DNA of 64,000 nt from a virus. Its lineage: Duplodnaviria; Caudoviricetes. Within the stretch, counting starts at the first letter, position 1; the number at the start of each line of letters is the position of its first letter. Positions 1-9,542 of the stretch are shown here, piece after piece. The stretch lies in the IMG/VR virus record IMGVR_UViG_3300033074_000984; one strand, 5' to 3'. The notes beneath the pieces were generated by a model. It was not told the DNA's origin. It worked only from the letters and a program-made list of their open reading frames with translations, and did no database searches. Both the position numbers and the translations under genes were made by a program.

Positions 1-1
1 C

Positions 2-232
2 GCGAAGAAGGGAAAGAACGACTACGCCTTCGTCGAGGTGCACTGGACATCTGTGCCTGGTAGAGACGAGGCGTGGAAGAAGAAGGTCCTTGACGACCTC
101 GGCGGTGACGTGCTCAAGTTCGACCAAGAGTACTGCGTCACCGGCGACACCACGATCACGCTGCGCGACAAAATCACTGGTGAAATCATCGAAACGACTA
201 TAGAAGAGTCGTTCAGGCTGATGAATCCTTAA
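2..232 (+). CDS. 17: Terminase large subunit gp17, end of N-terminal fragment fused to a 32-aa N-intein (134-229); 5' end outside window
   Basis: EVHWTSVPGRDEAWKK..FDQEY is T4-like gp17; followed by CVTGDTTITLRD (intein block A) and a stop. Confidence 0.9.
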   Translation, partial: AKKGKNDYAFVEVHWTSVPGRDEAWKKKVLDDLGGDVLKFDQEYCVTGDTTITLRDKITGEIIETTIEESFRLMNP

Positions 233-248
233 AACTATATATAATAGT

Positions 249-923
249 ATGAAACAATCTGTCATATACAAAATAGTTAGAGACGACGGTGCGGCGTACG
301 TAGGCATAACTAACAATCTGCAAAGAAGAACTCATGCGCATCGTTACAGCGATCGCTTCAAGGGCCATGAGTTCAAGATTGAAATTCTCATGGAGTGTGA
401 CTCTTATAAAGAAGCACAACTGCTAGAGCCAATATTCATAGCTGAACACGGAACATTTGTTAACGGATTGAACTTAACAAAACACGGCAAGGGATATAGC
501 AACTCTTCACGATTTACTACAACAGATTTCAAGTTCTCAGAGAACAGTAGAAAAAAGATGAGCGAAAAATCTCGAGCCCGCGGAGCCGGAACTGCTCTTC
601 AATCGTGGTTAAGGGCTCATCCTGACATAGTTGAAAAGATGAGAAAGAAGCATTCGTTAAAAACTAGGGGTCGTCCGAAAGCGACAAGACTCACAGAAGA
701 ATCGATTCGTAACTTCTATTCACTATACTCAACTCGGCCTTCTACAAGTCGTCAACCAGGACGATGTCCGCGTAGTGGTCAACTACTGTCATATGAACGA
801 GCATTTTGTTTTGACTACGCGTCGGCATTTGGTATGTCTATCACTTACGGCATGAACCTCTTACAAGGAAAGAGCCTCGCATGGAGACCCATCTTCGAAG
901 AAACGATCGCTTCCAAATCTTGA
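249..923 (+). CDS. Free-standing GIY-YIG homing endonuclease between the split-intein halves
   Basis: VIYKI..YVGIT..RR..H motif, NUMOD3-like FSENSRKKMSE; AT-richer than flanks. Confidence 0.85.
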   Translation: MKQSVIYKIVRDDGAAYVGITNNLQRRTHAHRYSDRFKGHEFKIEILMECDSYKEAQLLEPIFIAEHGTFVNGLNLTKHGKGYSNSSRFTTTDFKFSENSRKKMSEKSRARGAGTALQSWLRAHPDIVEKMRKKHSLKTRGRPKATRLTEESIRNFYSLYSTRPSTSRQPGRCPRSGQLLSYERAFCFDYASAFGMSITYGMNLLQGKSLAWRPIFEETIASKS

Positions 924-2050
924 CGCCGAGTGGATGGGCAGACTTCAAGGGCATAAATCGTGTCGTCAAGCGAGGAGTGGTCACTGTTAAAGCTGGAGAT
1001 AAGACCCTTTCTGGATCTCTTAATCACCCAGTCCTCGGTGCCATTGGATTTGCTCCACTAGCACTCGCTAAACACGTAGTCACTCGTAACGGCTTGGAAA
1101 CAATAGACTCCTTAGTCATTGAAAACGATCGCGAAGAAGTTTTCTACGATCCTTACGCTGTAGATGGCGGCGAGTACTATTCTTCTGGCATAGTCAGTCA
1201 CAACTGCAACGAGTTTCAGGGCTCGTCCGGAACTCTCATATCTGGATGGAAGCTCAAGGAGCTCGCATCTGACGTCGCTCAGCCAATAGCGCTCATCGAG
1301 GGCCTCTCTGTTTACGAGCCGGCGGCTCATGGAGAGAAGTACGTCATCACGGTCGATGTGGCCGAGGGAAAGAGCCTGGATTACAGCTCCTTCCAAGTCA
1401 TCAGCGTCACTGAGCCGCCGTATCGACAAGTGGCGACGTATCGCAGCAACGTGACCACAGCTACGGACCTCGCCGAGATCATCCATCGCGTCGCGCGCAC
1501 CTACGGCAGCGCTCCCATCCTTATCGAGTACGAGAACCTCGGACCAGTCGTAGCAGAGCATCTCTGGAACGAGATGGAGTACGACAACCTGATCTGCACA
1601 GCCAGTGCGGGGTCTGTTGGAAAGAAGGTCTCGTTCGTTGGTGGTCCTGGTTGCGACAGGGGCATTAAGATGAGCAAGACCGTAAAGAGCATCGGTTGTA
1701 GCATGCTCAAGCTCTTAATAGAGCAGAACCAGCTGCTCATCAGAGATCGAGACACGATCAACGAGCTCTCGACGTTCTCGAAGAAGGACTCGAAGGGCTT
1801 CCAGGCCGAAGAGGGCAAGCACGACGACACGGTCATGCCGCTCGTCGTCTTCGGATGGTTGACGAATCAGAACTACTTCCGCGACATGACCGAGATGAAC
1901 ATCCTCAACAAGATGCGAGAGCTCTCTGAAGAGACCCTTGAGGCAGAGCTGACGCCGTTCGGCTTCATAGACGACGGAACTGACGAGACAGACCTGAAAG
2001 AGGGCGTCGTCCAGACAGTCGGAGACGTAGACGCGTGGCTGCGGCTGTAA
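881..2050 (+). CDS. 17: C-intein (881-1204) fused to terminase gp17 C-terminal nuclease domain
   Basis: FQILTPSGW..SLNHP..GIVSHN/C then NEFQGSSGTLIS, VDVAEG..DYS, HDDTVM terminase nuclease motifs. Confidence 0.9.
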   Translation: METHLRRNDRFQILTPSGWADFKGINRVVKRGVVTVKAGDKTLSGSLNHPVLGAIGFAPLALAKHVVTRNGLETIDSLVIENDREEVFYDPYAVDGGEYYSSGIVSHNCNEFQGSSGTLISGWKLKELASDVAQPIALIEGLSVYEPAAHGEKYVITVDVAEGKSLDYSSFQVISVTEPPYRQVATYRSNVTTATDLAEIIHRVARTYGSAPILIEYENLGPVVAEHLWNEMEYDNLICTASAGSVGKKVSFVGGPGCDRGIKMSKTVKSIGCSMLKLLIEQNQLLIRDRDTINELSTFSKKDSKGFQAEEGKHDDTVMPLVVFGWLTNQNYFRDMTEMNILNKMRELSEETLEAELTPFGFIDDGTDETDLKEGVVQTVGDVDAWLRL

Positions 2051-2062
2051 GGTCCTCTGCCT

Positions 2063-2070
2063 AATAAATA
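2063..2070 (+). promoter_or_regulatory. T4-like late promoter (NATAAATA); similar sites at 5781, 7543, 9502, 10602, 12074, 15389, 52868, 59875
   Basis: ATAAATA core recurs just upstream of virion genes; gp55 is encoded in the window. Confidence 0.8.
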
Positions 2071-2110
2071 CGAGGAAAGCAGGATAATTTCCCGAGGGAG
2101 ATACTAAGTC

Positions 2111-4432
2111 ATGGGATTCGCGCTTAGCCCGAGCATCATTGTCACTGAGAGCGATCTCACTACGACGGTACCCGCGGTAGCGACAACCGACGCGGCGATC
2201 GCTGGCGTCTTCCATTGGGGTCCGGTAGACCAGCGAGAGCTGATCGACAGCCAGATGAACCTCAAGGAGCGCTTCGGGCCCCCGAGCAACTTCAACTACG
2301 AGACGTGGTGGACAGCCGCGAACTTTCTCGACTACGGCACGCGCGAGTACGTCGTACGCGTAGCGAACACGAGCGCCAACACGCCGTCTGAGACCTTCAG
2401 CGTCAACACTTCAGTCGCTAACGTCCTTCACATGACGGACGCTAACGCGACCTACACGCCTGTCTCTCTCGGCATCGAGACCAACATGCGCGTCTTCTGG
2501 GCGTCCAACACTGGAGCAGTCCCTCTCGACGCCGTCGTCACCGCTGTCAACAGCACCGCCGTATCTATCTCAACCAACGCTACAGTCAACAGCTCGTCTG
2601 ACGTCGGCTTCTACAGCAACGTGTCGTCTTACAACGCTCTGGCCATAGCGCCTGGCGGCCAGGTCGACAACGTCGGCGCTCAGGTTGTCAAGAACCGTGA
2701 CCATTACGAGACCAAGGACAACGCCTTCGACCTCGACCTCTACTACCTCGCGAAGTACCCCGGCGCGATCGGCAACAGCCTGCGAATCTCCGTATGCGAC
2801 AGCGCTGACGCGTACTACGCCAGCCTGTCACTCTCCAACACCATCGTCGAGGGCGCGTTCTCTGTAGACATCGGCTCCGACGTCGGCACGTTCACCTTCA
2901 CGGCCCCCACTAACGGAGCCGCTGCAAACACGCTCGCTACGACCATCATCGCCTCTATAGCGAACAACGACTACCTCGAGGTGGGTAACAGCTCGATCGG
3001 TAGACAGTACCTGAAGGTGCTCTCCACCGACAACACCCCGACCCTCAACACCTCTACCAACGTAGCGACGTTTAACGTCGAGTTCGAGGACCCGTACCGA
3101 CTGTCGTACGACTGGTCGGCGAATGACTCCATCGTTCGATACTGGGAGTTCTACGGTCTCACCGAGCTCGCGCCCGGCCAGTCGAACTTCGTCGCTGAGC
3201 GAGGCAACACGGCCGCTAACGACGAGCTGCACGTCGTAGTCGTAGACAACGACGGCGCGTTCTCCGGCACTCCAGGCACCGTCCTAGAGGTCTATCGAGG
3301 ACTGTCTCGAGCGACCGACGCGACCGCTGACAACGGGTCGTCGATCTACTACAAGGAGGTCCTTAACAAGAGCTCCAAGTACGTCTGGCTCGCGAACGAC
3401 CGAAGCAACGCGCCGAGCGCCAACGCTTGGTTGGTGGCGTCGTCCACCAACACAGAAGCGCTCGACCTCGACTTTACGCTCGGCACCGACGGCAAGCCAG
3501 AGAGCACCGTCTCTGTCGGCCTGGTCATGCAGGGCTACGACAGGTTCGCTAGCGCGGAAGACGTTGACATCTCGCTCGTCCTGCAGGGCAAGCCGCGCGG
3601 CGGCGTCGACCCGAGCACCGGCTCTGTCGAGTTCCAGCTGTTCAACTACCTGATCGACAACATCGGTGAGATCAGGAAGGACTGCGTGGTCTTCGGTTCG
3701 CCAGAGATCAACACCTGCCTCAACAACTACAACGAGGAGGCGCTGTCCATCGTCGACTGGAGAAACTCGACTCGATCGAGCTCCTACGCCGTCATGGACT
3801 CGGGCTACAAGCAGCAGTACGACAAGTACAACGACGTCTATCGCTGGATCCCGCTCAACGCTGACATGGCTGGTCTGTGCGCGCGAACTGACCAGACGAA
3901 CGACCCGTGGTGGTCGCCGGCCGGCCTTAATCGTGGCCACATCAAGAACCTGGTCACGCTGGCCTGGAACCCGCGGATGGCTCATCGAGACATCCTCTAC
4001 AAGAACGGCGTCAACCCCGTGGTGCGCTTCAACAACGAGGGCACGGTGCTCTGGGGCGACAAGACGCTCCTGGCGAAGCCGAGCGCGTTCGATCGCATCA
4101 ACGTTCGACGGCTCTTCATCGTTCTCGAGAAGGCCATCTCGACCGCCTCGAAGTACTTCCTGTTCGAGTTCAACGACCGGTTCACCCGGGAGCAGTTCAA
4201 GAACATGGTGAACCCGTACCTGAAGTTCGTTCAGAGCCGACGAGGCATCCAGGACTTCCTGGTCGTCTGCGACGAGACGAACAACACGCCCTACATCATC
4301 GACAGCAACAGCTTCGTTGCGGACATCTACATCAAGCCGAACCGAAGCATCAACTGGATCTACCTTAACTTCGTAGCCGTCGCAACCGGCATCTCCTTCG
4401 AGGAGATCGTCGGCGGCTCCAGGATCTCCTAA
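2111..4432 (+). CDS. 18: Tail sheath protein gp18
   Basis: FHWGP, PWWSPAGLNRG, GDKT..FDRINVRRLF, IYIKPNRSINWIYLNF. Confidence 0.97.
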   Translation: MGFALSPSIIVTESDLTTTVPAVATTDAAIAGVFHWGPVDQRELIDSQMNLKERFGPPSNFNYETWWTAANFLDYGTREYVVRVANTSANTPSETFSVNTSVANVLHMTDANATYTPVSLGIETNMRVFWASNTGAVPLDAVVTAVNSTAVSISTNATVNSSSDVGFYSNVSSYNALAIAPGGQVDNVGAQVVKNRDHYETKDNAFDLDLYYLAKYPGAIGNSLRISVCDSADAYYASLSLSNTIVEGAFSVDIGSDVGTFTFTAPTNGAAANTLATTIIASIANNDYLEVGNSSIGRQYLKVLSTDNTPTLNTSTNVATFNVEFEDPYRLSYDWSANDSIVRYWEFYGLTELAPGQSNFVAERGNTAANDELHVVVVDNDGAFSGTPGTVLEVYRGLSRATDATADNGSSIYYKEVLNKSSKYVWLANDRSNAPSANAWLVASSTNTEALDLDFTLGTDGKPESTVSVGLVMQGYDRFASAEDVDISLVLQGKPRGGVDPSTGSVEFQLFNYLIDNIGEIRKDCVVFGSPEINTCLNNYNEEALSIVDWRNSTRSSSYAVMDSGYKQQYDKYNDVYRWIPLNADMAGLCARTDQTNDPWWSPAGLNRGHIKNLVTLAWNPRMAHRDILYKNGVNPVVRFNNEGTVLWGDKTLLAKPSAFDRINVRRLFIVLEKAISTASKYFLFEFNDRFTREQFKNMVNPYLKFVQSRRGIQDFLVVCDETNNTPYIIDSNSFVADIYIKPNRSINWIYLNFVAVATGISFEEIVGGSRIS

Positions 4433-4444
4433 GGAGCAAACTAG

Positions 4445-5131
4445 GTGAACAAGTCCAGAAACGCGTTTGTTGAGCGAATGATGGCCATCCAGAGTGGCGC
4501 CTACCTGGCGCCACTGAGTGGCGCCTCTTCTACGACTGAAGTCGTCACAGAGGAGAAGCGACAGCGTCTGACTCTCACAGACAAGAGTGGCAAGAGAGTT
4601 GAGTCCAACCTCCCAATGTCAACGAAGGCTAGACTTCGTCGCCAAAAGAGGGACATCTCGAAGTACAACTCAGAAGTAAAGGCGCGAGAGCTCTCTAATG
4701 AAGAGCTCGAGTACGTCACAGAGAACACCTCTGCCGAACAGCTCGACGAGCTGTCACAGACGAAGCTGGCTTCCTACAAGAAGGCTGCCAACAAAGATGT
4801 CGGTGACCTTAGGGACGGCATCGAGTCAGTTAATCGCCGAAACGCTAACGACGACAAGTCTCAAGCCTGGAAGAAGCAAGCCACTCGACGGCTAGCTAAT
4901 CGATACCGCGGTCTCTTAAAGGCGGGATCGATGAAGGAGGAGACAGCAGGGCCTATCGACGAAGCAGTTAAGAAAGCTGCTGGGGCGGCTAAAAAGAGCT
5001 CTAGTAAGAGCGCAGCCCCTGTTAAAAAGAGTACGCCTGAGCAGCGTCAAAAGGCCAGGGCGGCGCATTGGAAGAAGACGGGCGTCAGCAGTGGCACCGT
5101 TAAGTGGATGAAGGACTCCGGGTTTCTGTGA
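4445..5131 (+). CDS. Basic hypothetical protein, probable internal head protein
   Basis: Lys/Arg-rich blocks separated by EQLDEL / PIDEA motifs; RBS GGAG upstream of GTG. Confidence 0.55.
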   Translation: MNKSRNAFVERMMAIQSGAYLAPLSGASSTTEVVTEEKRQRLTLTDKSGKRVESNLPMSTKARLRRQKRDISKYNSEVKARELSNEELEYVTENTSAEQLDELSQTKLASYKKAANKDVGDLRDGIESVNRRNANDDKSQAWKKQATRRLANRYRGLLKAGSMKEETAGPIDEAVKKAAGAAKKSSSKSAAPVKKSTPEQRQKARAAHWKKTGVSSGTVKWMKDSGFL

Positions 5132-5189
5132 TCGTCTAGGCCATAGGACAGATCAGAGCCAGTAATAAGCGATCGGACAGGAGAAAAAG

Positions 5190-5753
5190 GTGCCATTTAA
5201 GATCGAAGACTTCAAGGCGCGGGGAATCCCGTACGGCGGCGCTCGTCCTGCCCTCTTCGAGGTCATCATGTCAACGCCACAGTTCGTAACTGGTGACGCG
5301 TCAAAGATCTCTTTCCAGTGCATGGCGGCTCAGATCCCGCCAGCGACTGTAGGAGTCATCGAGGTGCCGTACTTCGGCCGTAAGGCTAAGGTTGCGGGCG
5401 ATCGAGTGTTCCCGGACTGGACCATCAACGTCATCAACGACGAAGACTTCCCAGTTCGTGACATCATGGAGCAGTGGTCGAACGGCATCAACACGCTCGA
5501 GAACAACCTGCGACTGGGCGACACCATCGAGTCCTACAAGACGACGAGCGACGCGCTCGTCACGCAGTACTCCAAGAGCGGCGTCATCCTTAGGCAGTAC
5601 AAGCTGATCAGCTGCTGGCCGAACAACGTCGAGGCCATCAACCTCGACTGGGACCGCACTAACGCGATCGAGACCTTCGCGGTCACCCTGTCCTACGACT
5701 ACTGGATACTCAACAGCACCCAGGGCCTTCCCCAGGGTGACGTGATCGAGTAA
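5190..5753 (+). CDS. 19: Tail tube protein gp19
   Basis: GGARPALFEV, FGRKAKVAGDRVFPDWTINVINDEDF, F.VTLSYDYW. Confidence 0.95.
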   Translation: MPFKIEDFKARGIPYGGARPALFEVIMSTPQFVTGDASKISFQCMAAQIPPATVGVIEVPYFGRKAKVAGDRVFPDWTINVINDEDFPVRDIMEQWSNGINTLENNLRLGDTIESYKTTSDALVTQYSKSGVILRQYKLISCWPNNVEAINLDWDRTNAIETFAVTLSYDYWILNSTQGLPQGDVIE

Positions 5754-5791
5754 CCGAGGCTCTCTAGCCTCGACAGCTCTAATAAATAGAG

Positions 5792-5817
5792 AGCGGGGCA
5801 TCGACCCCGCTCTTTTC
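5792..5817 (+). terminator. Intrinsic terminator-like hairpin
   Basis: GAGCGGGG-catcga-CCCCGCTC followed by TTTT. Confidence 0.55.
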
Positions 5818-5831
5818 GTATAGGAACGTAG

Positions 5832-7547
5832 ATGGCATTTTCTATTTTTGGTTGGGAGATCACTCGCAAGCGAGAGCTCGAGAAAGAGGCTCCCAGTTTC
5901 GCCCCGAAGGAGAGAGACGACGGCGCGGTGGTCGTCGCGCCGGGCGGCTCCTTCGGCACCTACGTCGACCTCGACGGCACTGTCCGTACAGAGACAGAGC
6001 TCGTCTCGAAGTATCGAGACATGGCGTTCCACCCTGAGGTGGACAGCGCGATTGACGAGATCGTAAACGAGTCGATCTCTATGGACGAGCCAAAGCCCGT
6101 CGCTATCGTGCTCGACGAGTTGGACGACGTTCCTGGCGCAGACTCACTCAAAGACGCCATTCAAGCCGAGTTCGAGAACGTCCTGAAGCTGCTCGAGTTC
6201 GCCGACCACGGCTACGACATATACCGTCAGTGGTACATCGATGGAAGACTCTATTATCACGTCATCATCGACGAGAGCGACCTCGCTTCAGGTATCAAGG
6301 AGCTTCGATTCATCGACCCGCGCAAGATCCGTAAGATCCGCGAGGTGGCGCAGAAGAAGCTTATCCCAGACCCACAGACGTCCAGCGTCAACGTCGACTC
6401 TACTCAGACACAGAGCGAGTACTACGTCTATACGGAGAAGGGATTCAGCGTACAAAACCGCATGAACCCCACGGCGACTGTCGGCATCCGCATCGCGGCA
6501 GACGCGATCATTCAGGTCGTGTCTGGCTTGACTGACGTCAATCGCACGATGGTGCTCTCTTACCTCCACAAGGCGATCAAGAGGCTCAACCAGCTTCGAA
6601 CTCTCGAAGACGCCAGCGTCATCTATCGACTCGCGAGAGCGCCTGAGAGACGCGTATGGTTCATAGACGTCGGCAACCTTCCAAAGATGAAGGCTGAGCA
6701 GTACGTTCGAGAGATCATGGTCAGACACAAGAACCGGCTCGTCTACGACTCCGCTACGGGCGAGATTCGAGACGACCGTAAGTTCATGACTATGCTAGAG
6801 GACTACTGGCTACCACGACGAGAGGGCGGCAAGGGCACCGACGTCGAAACGCTCCCGGCTGGCCAGAACCTCGGCGAGATGGAAGACGTCTTGTATTTCC
6901 AAAAGAAGCTCTACGAGTCGCTCAACGTGCCCGTCGGTCGCATCGACTCAGAGAACAGCATCTTTCCTGGTAACCAGACGAGCCAGATCACTCGCGAAGA
7001 GCTCAAGTTTGGCAAGTTCGTCGCTCGACTTCGCAACAAGTTCTCGACGCTGTTCATATCTGCTCTTGAACGGCAGCTCGTGCTCAAGGGCATCTTGACG
7101 TACGACGAGTGGCTCGAGTTCCGCGACAAGATCAAGTTCGAGTACGCTCGCGACAGCTATCATGCTGAGGTCAAGGACAACGAGATCATGATGGGGCGTC
7201 TAACGACGCTCCAGATGATCGAGCCCTACATCGGACGAATGTACTCTAACAACTGGGTGAGAAGGAACATCCTCAAGCAGCAGGACGACCAGATCGACGA
7301 GATAGACGCTGAGATCGCTGAAGAGGCTCTTGACCCACGATGGAACCCGCCGATGCCCGTTGACCAGAACGGCGAGCCGATGGCTCCTGAGCAGGGCGTT
7401 GACCCGACTGAGCAACAGGGGCTTCCAATGGATCCAACGCAACAGCAACAGCCGTATCCAGAAGACGAAGAGCCACCGACAGAGCCACAGGCCACGTCAC
7501 GACTCAGCGCGAAGCGCCTGCTGCGCGTAGTAAATCGCGCGCTATAA
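5832..7547 (+). CDS. 20: Portal protein gp20
   Basis: WYIDGRLYY, IYRLARAPERRVWFIDVGNLPK, EDYWLPRREGGKGT; P/Q-rich C-tail. Confidence 0.97.
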   Translation: MAFSIFGWEITRKRELEKEAPSFAPKERDDGAVVVAPGGSFGTYVDLDGTVRTETELVSKYRDMAFHPEVDSAIDEIVNESISMDEPKPVAIVLDELDDVPGADSLKDAIQAEFENVLKLLEFADHGYDIYRQWYIDGRLYYHVIIDESDLASGIKELRFIDPRKIRKIREVAQKKLIPDPQTSSVNVDSTQTQSEYYVYTEKGFSVQNRMNPTATVGIRIAADAIIQVVSGLTDVNRTMVLSYLHKAIKRLNQLRTLEDASVIYRLARAPERRVWFIDVGNLPKMKAEQYVREIMVRHKNRLVYDSATGEIRDDRKFMTMLEDYWLPRREGGKGTDVETLPAGQNLGEMEDVLYFQKKLYESLNVPVGRIDSENSIFPGNQTSQITREELKFGKFVARLRNKFSTLFISALERQLVLKGILTYDEWLEFRDKIKFEYARDSYHAEVKDNEIMMGRLTTLQMIEPYIGRMYSNNWVRRNILKQQDDQIDEIDAEIAEEALDPRWNPPMPVDQNGEPMAPEQGVDPTEQQGLPMDPTQQQQPYPEDEEPPTEPQATSRLSAKRLLRVVNRAL

Positions 7548-7568
7548 ATAAGAAAGAGGTAAAACGAC

Positions 7569-7796
7569 ATGCCAGTTTCAGACATTCTCGACGCAGCCCT
7601 TGGTTCAGACCCAGACGCGTTTCGACAAGCCTTCAATGACGAGATGTCAGCACGTCTTTCAGCGGCTGTGAGTGACAAGCGCTTGCAGCTCGCGGCTTCG
7701 CTCTTTGCTAACCCCGAGGTCGAGCCTGAAGAGGCTGAAGACCCCGACCAACCCGAGGAAGAACAAGAAGACGATGTCGGAACCGAAGACGCTTAA
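7569..7796 (+). CDS. Small acidic prohead core protein (gp67-like)
   Basis: Position after portal, acidic C-terminus, late promoter upstream. Confidence 0.6.
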   Translation: MPVSDILDAALGSDPDAFRQAFNDEMSARLSAAVSDKRLQLAASLFANPEVEPEEAEDPDQPEEEQEDDVGTEDA

Positions 7797-8583
7797 GAAG
7801 GTTATCGGTCGCTTCGCCGGCAAGGAGCAGGCGTACAAGAAGGCCGAAGAGGACCACCCCATCGAGGTGCATGACGACGGCTCAGGCACGGGCGCTGAGC
7901 AGGCGAAGAAGCTCGCACCCTATGACCGTAAGAAGAACCGCATGGGCGTCAACTCTGATGAGAAGGTCGAGGGCGTGTCAGAGTCTGCACCTCCAGGACG
8001 AGAAGACCAGGTCAAGGCGCTAAAGAAGAAGTTCCCAAAGCAGGCGGCTTACAAGATCGCTTGGAGCCAGTATCGCAAGAAGCAAGCCGTCAAAGAGGAG
8101 CAGCAGCTTGACGAGCTGACCGGTAAGGGCAAGCTCGGTGCGATCGCAACGCATCACTTCAACCAGTCTATCGAGACCGGCAAAGAGTGGCCGCCAAAGC
8201 CAGCAGATCGCGAGCGATCAAAGAAGCACTCAGAGCAGTACTCAAGGGCCCAGAACCTCAAGAGCCTCGCTGCGTGGCCTGCTGCTCAGAGAGACGCCGT
8301 CCGCAAGGGTAAGGTCGGCGGCACTCGACCGCTCGCTGGCGCAGACGCAGAGGTGCAAAAGCGAAAGAAGAAGCTCGCAGAGGGACTCGAGAACGACCCG
8401 CGCATCTCAAAGCGCTTCAGAGCTATAATGAAGCACACTGACAATTATCTCAAGAAGCGCCACATGGACATCATCACGAGAGCGAGAGCTGGACACAGCG
8501 TCGAGCAGATCGCTAGCGACTTGAAGATCCATCCCGGCATCGTTGACGCCTCTATTCGTGCAGAGCCAAGGGTGAAGAAGTGA
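7774..8583 (+). CDS. Basic hypothetical protein, probable head core/internal protein
   Basis: ATG at 7774; EEQQLDEL motif and ESAPPGREDQVKALKK..AYKIAWSQY block. Confidence 0.55.
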   Translation: MSEPKTLKKVIGRFAGKEQAYKKAEEDHPIEVHDDGSGTGAEQAKKLAPYDRKKNRMGVNSDEKVEGVSESAPPGREDQVKALKKKFPKQAAYKIAWSQYRKKQAVKEEQQLDELTGKGKLGAIATHHFNQSIETGKEWPPKPADRERSKKHSEQYSRAQNLKSLAAWPAAQRDAVRKGKVGGTRPLAGADAEVQKRKKKLAEGLENDPRISKRFRAIMKHTDNYLKKRHMDIITRARAGHSVEQIASDLKIHPGIVDASIRAEPRVKK

Positions 8584-8837
8584 GCATCATACGACTAAAA
8601 GGAGCACAAGCGTCAGTCAACGCAACGCCTAGCAGCTTCTCCAACGCGAGCCTACTGTACGTCTACAACGGCGGCACCGTGGCTACGATCAGCGTTGTCA
8701 GCTCTGCTAACGTGGCTGTGGGGTCCATGACCGTAGGCGCTAGCAAGGACGTTCTCCTTGAAAAGGCTCCCACAGACGTCATTTCATCTAACACTGCGTC
8801 TGGCGTAGTAGCTACGCCTGTAGCCTACAGGAACTAA
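8580..8837 (+). CDS. Small hypothetical virion protein
   Basis: ORF in the late operon before gp21. Confidence 0.6.
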   Translation: MSIIRLKGAQASVNATPSSFSNASLLYVYNGGTVATISVVSSANVAVGSMTVGASKDVLLEKAPTDVISSNTASGVVATPVAYRN

Positions 8838-8839
8838 CG

Positions 8840-9499
8840 ATGGGACTAAAGCTCATAAGAGAGGCCGTAGAGGACCTTCGAGTCGTTGTCACTGAAGAGG
8901 CAGAGCGCCCCAAGCAGCTCTATCTCGAAGGGATATTCCTACAAGCCGGCATCAAGAACCGCAACGGTCGCGTCTACCCTCCAGAGGTCATGGAAGAGAG
9001 CGTCAACCGATACGTGACTGATCGCGTCAAGCGGGGCAACGCGTTCGGTGAGTTCGGCCACCCTAACACCCCGTCTATAAACCCAGAGCGAATCTCGCAT
9101 CGCATTGTCAGTCTGACTCGTGAGGGCAACAACTGGATCGGACGGGCTCTTGTCTTGGACGAGGGCTACGGCAAGATCGCGCGAAACATCATCGAGACCG
9201 GGGGAACTCTCGGCATGTCGTCGCGCTCTCTCGGCTCTCTCAAAGAGCAGAACGGTGTGTCGTACGTTCAAGAGGGACTCGACATACGAACGGCCGGAGA
9301 CATCGTCACCGACCCGTCAGCGCCTGATGCGTGGATGACAGGTATCATGGAGAACGAGGAGTGGGTGTTAGACGCTACTCGCGGCTGGCAGATGCGTGAG
9401 ATCGTTCATGAACAGCGAAAAGAGATGAGACGCTTGTCTGTTCGTCAGCTCGAGGAGCAGAAGCTCGCTCAGTTTGCGCGCTATCTTAAGACACTCTAA
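8840..9499 (+). CDS. 21: Prohead protease gp21
   Basis: LYLEGIFLQA..NRNGRVYP, GEFGHP, GMSSRSLGSL, DIVTDPSAPDA. Confidence 0.96.
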   Translation: MGLKLIREAVEDLRVVVTEEAERPKQLYLEGIFLQAGIKNRNGRVYPPEVMEESVNRYVTDRVKRGNAFGEFGHPNTPSINPERISHRIVSLTREGNNWIGRALVLDEGYGKIARNIIETGGTLGMSSRSLGSLKEQNGVSYVQEGLDIRTAGDIVTDPSAPDAWMTGIMENEEWVLDATRGWQMREIVHEQRKEMRRLSVRQLEEQKLAQFARYLKTL

Positions 9500-9542
9500 A
9501 CCATAAATATCAAACGAGACAACGCCAAGGAGCTATGACGCA

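Noticed and set aside
233-880. Group I intron interrupting gp17
   Set aside because: No P/Q/R/S core recognised, and intein N- and C-terminal motifs on either side explain the break
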